Assembly: GCF_001194135.2 (NCBI RefSeq)
Contig: NC_068988.1
Span: forward strand, 80,291,330 to 80,335,390
Length of the DNA: 44,061 bases
Direction: 5' to 3'
Origin: Octopus bimaculoides
Lineage: Eukaryota
Part shown: piece by piece, positions 35,901 to 44,061 of the stretch
How the letters are laid out: every line of letters begins with the position of its first letter
Position numbering within the stretch: position 1 is the stretch's first letter
Made by a program: the position numbers and the translations under genes
The notes under the pieces: model-generated
What the model saw: only the letters and a program-made list of their open reading frames with translations
Databases searched by the model: none
Told to the model about the DNA's origin: nothing

Positions 35901-37289
35901 TTTATTGGTTATATTTTTTCCTTTAAATTATTTTTTTCCCTTTAAATGGTTGAGGAGAAAGAAGCTGCACCCATGACCTTCGCTGGCTGTCATAGGCCAG
36001 CGAGGATGATAAAGTTGATGTCCTTCTTGAACAATTACAGCTGATGTTCTTGAAGCCGTCCTGCTCGCGCTTGTTACAGGATGAGTTGAATGGCCGTGAG
36101 TGGAGATGATGCAAGATCAGACGGCTACAAAGTATATAGGCCCTTGAAGTAGTAACAGAAAAGGTAGAGTAAAAAGGAACAGTATATATATTTAGAGAAA
36201 ATTCCGGTGAAAAAAGCGCAAACAATAATAAGGCTTTATATTTATGAAATTATTTAGTCATTTGGTCTAATCTAAACAGATCGACAGCTAGCAAGTCCTT
36301 TCAAAGACTGTTTTAAACAATTCGGCAGAAGACAAAAATATGATGCAATGTTGTTTTAAGTCCTATTTGAAGAAGTGATGCGGAAACATCACTTCCAATT
36401 TCTCCCTTTCAAATAATGATTTCACTTTTCCAGAAGCAAATGTATGTCAAAAATATATACTAATTCATTTATAATCGTTAATGATCTCCGTTTGAATATT
36501 TCATTTGGACAATATTCAGAAGAAAATAAACAACCAATTGAAACATAATATTTATAAAAATGGTTGCTCGTTGTCGTCACAGCAGCTTTTGCTAATGGTG
36601 CTGTTATTGATAAGTTTATACTTTGAGGGTTTCTTTCGGACTTATAAACTAGAGACAATCTTGCAACAAACATTTTTGTTTCAACTCTGTAACAACTCAT
36701 TAACATGGAACTACGTGCTCATGGGATGCCTGTTTTAATGACCTGCGCCGTTTCTTTAAAATTACACCCATTCATTTCTATTTCCTTCTCCATTAACCAG
36801 AATATAAAAAAATCAGGGTTTGCATCATTAAATAAAGGTGAACCAAAATAGTAGCTTCTACATTAGAAACAACAAGCACATCTCCCTTGCCGTAGATTCT
36901 GCCATCTTAAATAATGAAGAGAAACATTACATGATATCTATAAGAGTACAGAATGGTCAAACACACACGGACAATGAAAACCGTGTTACCTGCTCACATG
37001 CTCTCCCCTGCACACATGTCCACCTGGTTATCAGAAACAGAACCCTCCAGTCATTCCGATTTAATGTCGCCCGCTTCATCTCTCTGAAAACACCTGCTTT
37101 CTTCACCACTTTTCGAAGTCTTCCAACACCAAGAACTCTTCGATCAAATCTCTTCTTGCATTGAAAACATCTATTACATCTCAATTCTCTCTGAAATCAT
37201 CATCATCAGTAACTTCAATGTTCACAACCATTTTTGGCCCTCACATTCATCTCATAGGTATTCCGCTAGGCAAAAAAAATTTCCTAAAC

Positions 37290-37554
37290 CCCAACCCCAG
37301 TGGTCCTTACTTAACACCGTAACTCTTGCAAAATCATTATACGGATCACAAAGTTATACTTCAGTGCATCGCATAACTTGCAATGTCTCCCATCTTCCGA
37401 ACCGTAGCCGAACTTTTTGGTTCCTTGGCAAAACATTTCCATCAACTTTGTGGAATCCGTCTTTCTTCTGTTTCTCAACGATAACAATTCAATATGAAAT
37501 ACTTGTTGAGGAAAAGTCCGCACTTGTTGCCTGATTTCTATACAACTGCATAAT

Positions 37555-37616
<62 letters not shown>

Positions 37617-37977
37617 NNNNNNNNNNNNNNNNNNNNNNNNNNNNNNNNNNNNNNNNNNNNNNNNNNNNNNNNNNNNNNNNNCACGCACGCACGCACACAC
37701 AGACATTATGTAAATCCCCTCCTTTCTCATTCTATTCCACTTCCTTACCACTACACACATATGCACACCGAGGCTGAACAAAAACCCAATATTTTCAAGC
37801 CAATATTCTTCAACCTCTTTCCCCACAGACGTGTATCTTTTGGAAACGTGCTATACTGTGTTCCATTGCCAAGAAAGACAACCACTCTGATCCTGCCAAT
37901 TATCGTCCTACGATACTCACAATACCTCTAAAGTAATGGAGACAGCCATTAACAACAACATCTCTCTCTCGATCTTA

Positions 37978-38024
<47 letters not shown>

Positions 38025-38500
38025 TACACCTCTCTCTCTCTCCCTCTCTTTCCCCTTTTTTCCTTAAGAATCACTTGTAAAGTGTTTAAAGTTTACAGTT
38101 TCTACAAAGCCATTTCCACTAGAGTCCTGATCCCTTACGTCACCCACCAATGTGTTCTCGCCTTCATTAAACTGGGAGAAAAGCGTTGTACTCTTGACTG
38201 TATTGAGCACGCCGGACTCTCAGCAAAACTTGATACCAATGGGCTCCATCCGCATAATATATGTTTAATTAGAGGCTTCCGTACACATTCCACTCCAATT
38301 TTGCTCTAATTCCATGGATATAGAACTCGTAAGTGTTTTCCAATGGGATCATGGCATTTTTGCCGCCTTCAGCAACACAAAACGCTATTGCTAAGCATAT
38401 AAAAAAAACATGACCGACCTCAAACAGGGGAAACTTGCAGTTAGAACTCACCGTCAATGCAGTATTTCTTGCCACCAACCAAAATTCTTTGAATATATGG
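37290..38500 (+). mobile_element. Decayed CR1/L2/Jockey-group LINE RT fragment, broken by (CA)n, a gap and (CT)n
   Basis: SRTFW..LAK, IFKPIFFNL...WKRA...KKDNHSDPANYRP, YSFYKAIST...VTHQ, HAGLSAKLDTNGLHP in the expected order. Confidence 0.65.
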
Positions 38501-38599
38501 ATAGCTTTAGGGTATGAAAAAGAATGTTTATTGATAATCCCGGTTTAATTTGTCACAGAGCGTAGGTCAAAGAGAGATTGGAGTAAATGTTGGCGTGTT

Positions 38600-39520
38600 A
38601 CTAAGTTTTAAGGAATTTAAGGAATTGGTGATCACATAATAGTATATTAATATAACTAAGCTTCTCATTTTGGTTAATGAAATAGTTTGCAAGACTTCTT
38701 GGTGATATGTCTAAGAAAGTCAAACTTAATTTGCTGTAAAATTAATTCCCAGTTGAAACTGTCAATGAGATTATCCCCAAAAAGTTTCTAGCGTGTAGCC
38801 ATTGCACTTGTGTGATATGATTAACCTATCGTCAATATTGTATTTAAGAAAGTTTGTTTTAAAGAGGTTCTAGTATATACAGGCCAGTCTGATCATATAC
38901 GCCAGTGTATTTGGCAAAAGATCTGATTCAGATGTCAAGTAGATCTCCAGGTTGAAATGTTTTGATCCAAGACAACTTATTTTAAGAGAAGGGTTTTATT
39001 TGTATACATGATTATTTCAATATTTGATTCAAAAATTCGGACGTATCTACAAAATAATTCTTTGGATTTAACCAATAGGGGTCTAGATATCCATGGGTTG
39101 AAGTCACCTGATAGAACTGACTGAATCTAGATACAGCCTTATTTGAACCATCTGATAACTGCTTTTCTCTTATCGCGCTGCTGAGGCTCAGTTATGATTC
39201 TTTTCTTGTTGATATTTCTCATTTTTTTTTTACCCTATTTTTGTCTTTACTAGATTTATTAGTCTACAACTAGCTTTATTTATGAAGTCTGTTTCTTGAT
39301 TTTTTTAACGTTATGAAAGCTTCTCTTTTAGTTAAGAGATTATTCTGCTCTGTTATCCATCTTAATTTTTGTTTTGGATATAAACTTAGTTTCTTTATTG
39401 GTAAATCTTAGCGTTTGAGATTATATATTTCTTAGTGTGTTATCACACTATGGCTGTTTGCTATATTTATCGCTGTCTATTTCATAGATTGTATTTGTCT
39501 CATCCGAAAATAGAAATATA
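38600..39520 (-). mobile_element. Possible very old L1/Tx1-type LINE relic
   Basis: Only scattered degenerate motifs (TWRST, DQTG, IDSFNWELI). Confidence 0.3.
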
Positions 39521-40365
39521 TTAGTAGAGGCCATAATCTTTCTTAACCATAAGTTTATTTTGAAAAGAATCTTATACCCATCACTTGAACAAGGAAGTCT
39601 ACTCTGAAGAATGATTGATCCTTAACTTTTGTGGTTATTTGTGAGAACTGGCATCATAATGTTGTGAAGGTAAGTGACCATCACCTCACCACAAAAACCA
39701 GAGTCTTCCAATGCATAAATCTCATTACATGCTCCACTTTTCAAGTAACAGACGTTTGTGTGAGTATGATTCTATCGTGTAGTCAATATATATAGATCCA
39801 ATAAATATAGATTCAATATAGATCCATAATACTTGATTCTTAAAAATTCTTAAGTTAAATATTTGCTGCCAATCTTAAGTGCTAAGTATCCATATGAATG
39901 TGTGGCATAAATCTACATTTAGTGGTCCACGGTCTGTTACAGTGTAGACAATTTTCAACAACAGCACTCAATCGGTAAAAGAGTTAGAAGTGATCTTTAC
40001 ACAATATTCAAGATACAGAATAACAAGAATTAGTTTTTTTACCGTGTTCATGGCAATTACACTTGGTATGAAAGCAACTCTATTTCTGCACTGGCAGTGT
40101 TTAGGCTACTGATAATTTATGAGAAAGTGTTTTAAAGAAAATAGTCGAACAAACAGAAAACTGTTTTTATTTATTCCTATTTCATTATATATTTTGGGAA
40201 AGATATTTTATTGACAATCTTTGGGGTTTAATATAACTTTTTAGATATTTGAATTATCTCCTCTCATGCATTTGCACTTATCCCAAATTATCGGGAGCCA
40301 TATTGGTCACTAGGCCTGGCAAATGCTTATGCAACAATACTACCGCTCTTGTACCGAATGTCATC

Positions 40366-40367
<2 letters not shown>

Positions 40368-40447
<80 letters not shown>
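40368..40447. repeat. (TG)n microsatellite; other simple tracts at 32028-32220, 32909-32939, 33521-33549, 37553-37616, 41907-41937, 43068-43115 and both window ends
   Basis: Directly visible. Confidence 0.95.
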
Positions 40448-40451
<4 letters not shown>

Positions 40452-41904
40452 TGAGTGTAAGCATGTATGCATATGTGTATGTTTAACGTACCATATTAGC
40501 CATGCAGTACTTCTGAATGTCACGTATATGCGTGAATGTGTAAATGCAACTGCATTGCGATGTAAAAATTATATTTTTCGCTTTACTTTTCGAAATACCC
40601 AGTTCGATTTTAAACTATTATTATCTTAAAAAACTTACTAATAAATTAAAAATGAATGACTAAGGTCTAACTTTATTCTATCTGAGTTTAACGCTTTAAT
40701 CTTCTACCGAATATATTTTGAATGAAGCCCTGAAGATATCAATGTATTTAATATATCAAATAGTTGACCATTCAGCACTTTGAGATGATTATTTTCCCTA
40801 GAGCAAGAACGTTTTGAGGTAAAATGTATTTCATTGTATATGTAACCGACCTGGCAATTAGATGATAATGGTCTCAATATTAGAACTAAGTTGTTAAAGA
40901 AATAGGAATAATTTCTTTGAGAAGTAACTTTAAATCTTCAGTAGAAAGCAATGTCATTTTGTAAAGCTTAAAAGTCATTTTATATTAAATTTGTGGGAAG
41001 GCAGATCTTTCATAAGATGAACTAACAGTTAGAGTGAGAGAATCGGTAAAGATGGAGAAATTTTAGAGATTATTTATCGTCTGGTAAATAATTCGTTAAT
41101 TATAATTCATGTTAAATTTTTTTTTCTTATTTTTAAAACGATAATTGAATTCTCGGTAAATCAATTAGACAGCAGCCTTAGATATCTTCTAAGAAACAAT
41201 CTTTCTGAAATTAACAGTACAGAATCAATTTGTAGGATAATTTTTTCTCTCCAAGTTTATAGTAGTTCTGTGATGAAACGATCAGTTTTGTAACTTGCCG
41301 GCAGAAATGCGGTCAAAAGAATCGATAACTTTTGGAACTATTGAGTGAACGTATAAGCAGTTCAAAACTGAATTTAATCAGTTTATGATGAGGAAGACAA
41401 TACGACAAACGTTTCGAACAATACTCTTCGTCACAGAGTTTTGCTTTACAGCAAACCCATGTATTCCATGTCTGAAGTGTTCCTTCTTATTCATTGATTG
41501 CTGACATAGACCATCACAAGTTTTCTTAGGTCACCCAGATTATTGAGCGAAACGTTGTCTATAGCTCTGCACAAAATGAATAACCCAGACACTTAGCTTT
41601 TCCTGACACCATCCTTCTAACTGCAAATAGAACACACCGCAAAACAGAAGAGACATTAATTAACAGGTTCTTCATTAAAACTTATTGCTAAATTTCATAT
41701 TTGTTGAAGACTCCGGTTACTGCAGAAGCTTCCTGATTACATAATTGTATCACGAAAGTAGGATTGATATAAATAAAGTCTAAATTCTTGTCAGTAACTT
41801 ATCAGTAAATTTGTGAAATTCGATTTATTTTCCACAAACAATTTATGTCACTTCCTATTTTTGTTAACTTGTTTTCACATAGCTTTCTTTCATATATAGG
41901 TTTA

Positions 41905-41941
<37 letters not shown>

Positions 41942-43067
41942 GGAGGAAGAAACAGAGAAAGAAAGGATGCTGGAAATTGTTTTGAATTCTAATGCGCGAA
42001 CCCAAGACTGCAGAGCGAGCTATTTTAAAATTACTGTTGTGCCTTGTTCATTTATTAAAAAAAAAAAAAAAAGAAATACGAATCTTTATGTTTAAGTTCA
42101 AATCATACTCGAATCTTGTCTTTGTTTTTCATCTCTCTGGGGGGTGATAAAAAAGTGCTGTAGTTAATTTGATCGATAATATTTGCAGCTACACAAATAT
42201 TGGACGAATGCCAAAGGGAATACATTCTATTTACATTATTATATATGAACAAGCTTTCATTTGATTATTTGAAATTTATCATTGTTATTTTTATTTTGTT
42301 CTGTCGTGTTTAATGCAGCAATCACTGCTGAAAAGGTTAAGGAGCAGTCTCTACTACAGACTTCATATATGGACAGAAATAAGGCTCTTTTAGAAGTAAA
42401 AGAAAAAAAAATTGAAACACTGATTATTGCGATAATTTTAAGACATCAGTTACAGCAACAACAGTAAAATATAAACTATCGACAATGACGATGAAGGCTC
42501 TGATGGCGAGAACAAGAGAAACAACAACAACAACAATAAGAAATAACAAAGCCAAGACAACAGTAAACAACAATGGAATCAATGAAAATGTCTTGTATTG
42601 GGATATAGAATCGTATGGAATAGTGCCAGGAACAAAGTTTGATATTCAATACGACAAAAGACACGTGTGTGCGTGCGTGTACATATGTACATACATTCAC
42701 ATTACATATATNNNNNNNNNNNNNNNNNNNNNNNNNNNNNNNNNNNNNNNNNNNNNNNNNNNNNNNNNNNNNNNNNNNNNNNNNNNNNNNNNNNNNNNNN
42801 NNNNNNNNNNNNNNNNNNNNNNNNNNNNNNNNNNNNNNNNNNNNNNNNNNNNNNNNNNNNNNNNNNNNNNNNNNNNNNNNNNNNNNNNNNNNNNNNNNNN
42901 NNNNNNNNNNNNNNNNNNNNNNNNNNNNNNNNNNNNNNNNNNNNNNNNNNNNNNNNNNNNNNNNNNNNNNNNNNNNNNNNNNNNNNNNNNNNNNNNNNNN
43001 NNNNNNNNNNNNNNNNNNNNNNNNNNNNNNNNNNNNNNNNNNNNNNNNNNNNNNNNNNNNNNNNNNN

Positions 43068-43118
<51 letters not shown>

Positions 43119-44028
43119 GAGAGAGGGTGATAGTGTGCGTATTGGGTAGGGTTGAATGTGTGCGTGAGTGAGCGAGAGAAAAAGAGAGTTAGGTGTTTTA
43201 GAAAAGCTATTCGGTCATATGAGATACAGAAGCCAAGCATTTGTGAGACAAAATGTCTCTGAGTAAAATATATTTCCCTGCTTTCATTCTATACATTAGA
43301 TTTTGGCTTTCCATAAAAACGTATCTCCATTATAATTCTATAACTTGAGGAAAACTAAATGGAAGATTAAAGAGCTGTCTGTTATATCCGACTAACATCA
43401 ATCTAACTACAGCTAACTTGGAAGGCAGATTTCTAAATGCGATCCACATGTTTATGTCGTGTAACACGTAATACACGCGCGCGCGCACACACAGACGTGT
43501 GTTTCTCTTTTTGTTTATCCATCATATTCTCCTTTCATCATTAATCTCTCTCCATGAATGTGTGTGTGCGCGTGCGTGTATGCGCTCGCGTGAGTGCGCA
43601 TGTGTGCGTGCGTGCGTGCGTGTGTATGCGCTTATGTGTGTATGTGCGCGTGTGTATAAAAGATCCATTATGTTGATAATAACAATAGTACTATACTGTT
43701 ACGGTATCCACAAACAAACACACACACACACATACACACACAATGTACATACGGGATGCCCTGAATTTCAAGAAGATAATGTATTTATATTTGTGCATGT
43801 ACTTAATTTGATATGAAACTTGGGTATAAAAAGAATATATCACTTACTACACGTAACACATTCAAAACACAACCATATCCAATGGCACCTTATAATATTG
43901 TTTAAAGAGAAGTTAATTATGTAAAATATATTGTCACGTATTGTGTTGTGCAAGCTATAATCCACGCCTTCAAATTAAAACGACACTGGTTGTGTAAAGT
44001 ACGCATAATATACTTATTAATATGAATG

Positions 44029-44061
<33 letters not shown>

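Noticed and set aside
36957-37184. Minus ORF containing EMKRATLNRNDWR
   Set aside because: It resembles an RTE C-terminal remnant rather than a host exon, but is too short to annotate confidently.
37311-37550. Minus-strand ORF tail (MEMFCQGTKK...) followed by GTAAGG, as a possible CERKL 5' exon
   Set aside because: The plus strand carries LINE motifs (SRTFW..LAK) continuous with the RT fragment at 37770-38500, so it is better explained as an antisense LINE relic.
41380-41445. Hammerhead-like core on the minus strand (GTGACGA..GAG tattg TTC..GAAAC..GTC)
   Set aside because: The first core base is G rather than C, and no stem I pairing can be formed.
14207-43816. Many ORFs rich in X, YI, CV, HT or SL
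   Set aside because: They arise from N-gaps and dinucleotide microsatellites.
24147-44061. Searched for a NeuroD bHLH (RR.KAN.RER.RM) upstream of CERKL
   Set aside because: No such motif in any listed ORF or in the GC-richer segments I translated by hand. Small gaps cannot hold it.

Overview
AT-rich, microsatellite-dense animal genomic DNA with nine N-gaps, most next to simple repeats. The SINE/LINE content points to an Octopus (coleoid cephalopod) draft assembly; this is inferred, not proven. The only host gene I can support is the 5' end of a ceramide kinase-like (CERKL) gene on the minus strand. Its ATG-containing exon (24146-23999) is too short for the ORF track. It is followed by a 23.6-kb intron and a second PH-domain exon (379-80). 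Both introns are phase 1 and sit at the positions I recall for human CERKL exons 1/2. The ATG lies directly after a splice acceptor, so an unidentified 5' exon probably lies further right. The rest is intronic or upstream DNA filled with transposon relics: R4/Dong-type RLE retrotransposons in (TAA)n tracts, RTE and CR1/Jockey-type LINE fragments, Penelope-like fragments, tRNA-derived SINEs, a Merlin-like MITE with a telomeric palindrome, a piggyBac-like element carrying a 41-bp minisatellite and a mariner MITE. There are also several long, high-identity inverted repeats. I found no RNA genes, no CRISPR array and no intact transposase or RT. I see no convincing novel multi-gene system; the findings are hypotheses about regulation, RNA structure and transposon biology.
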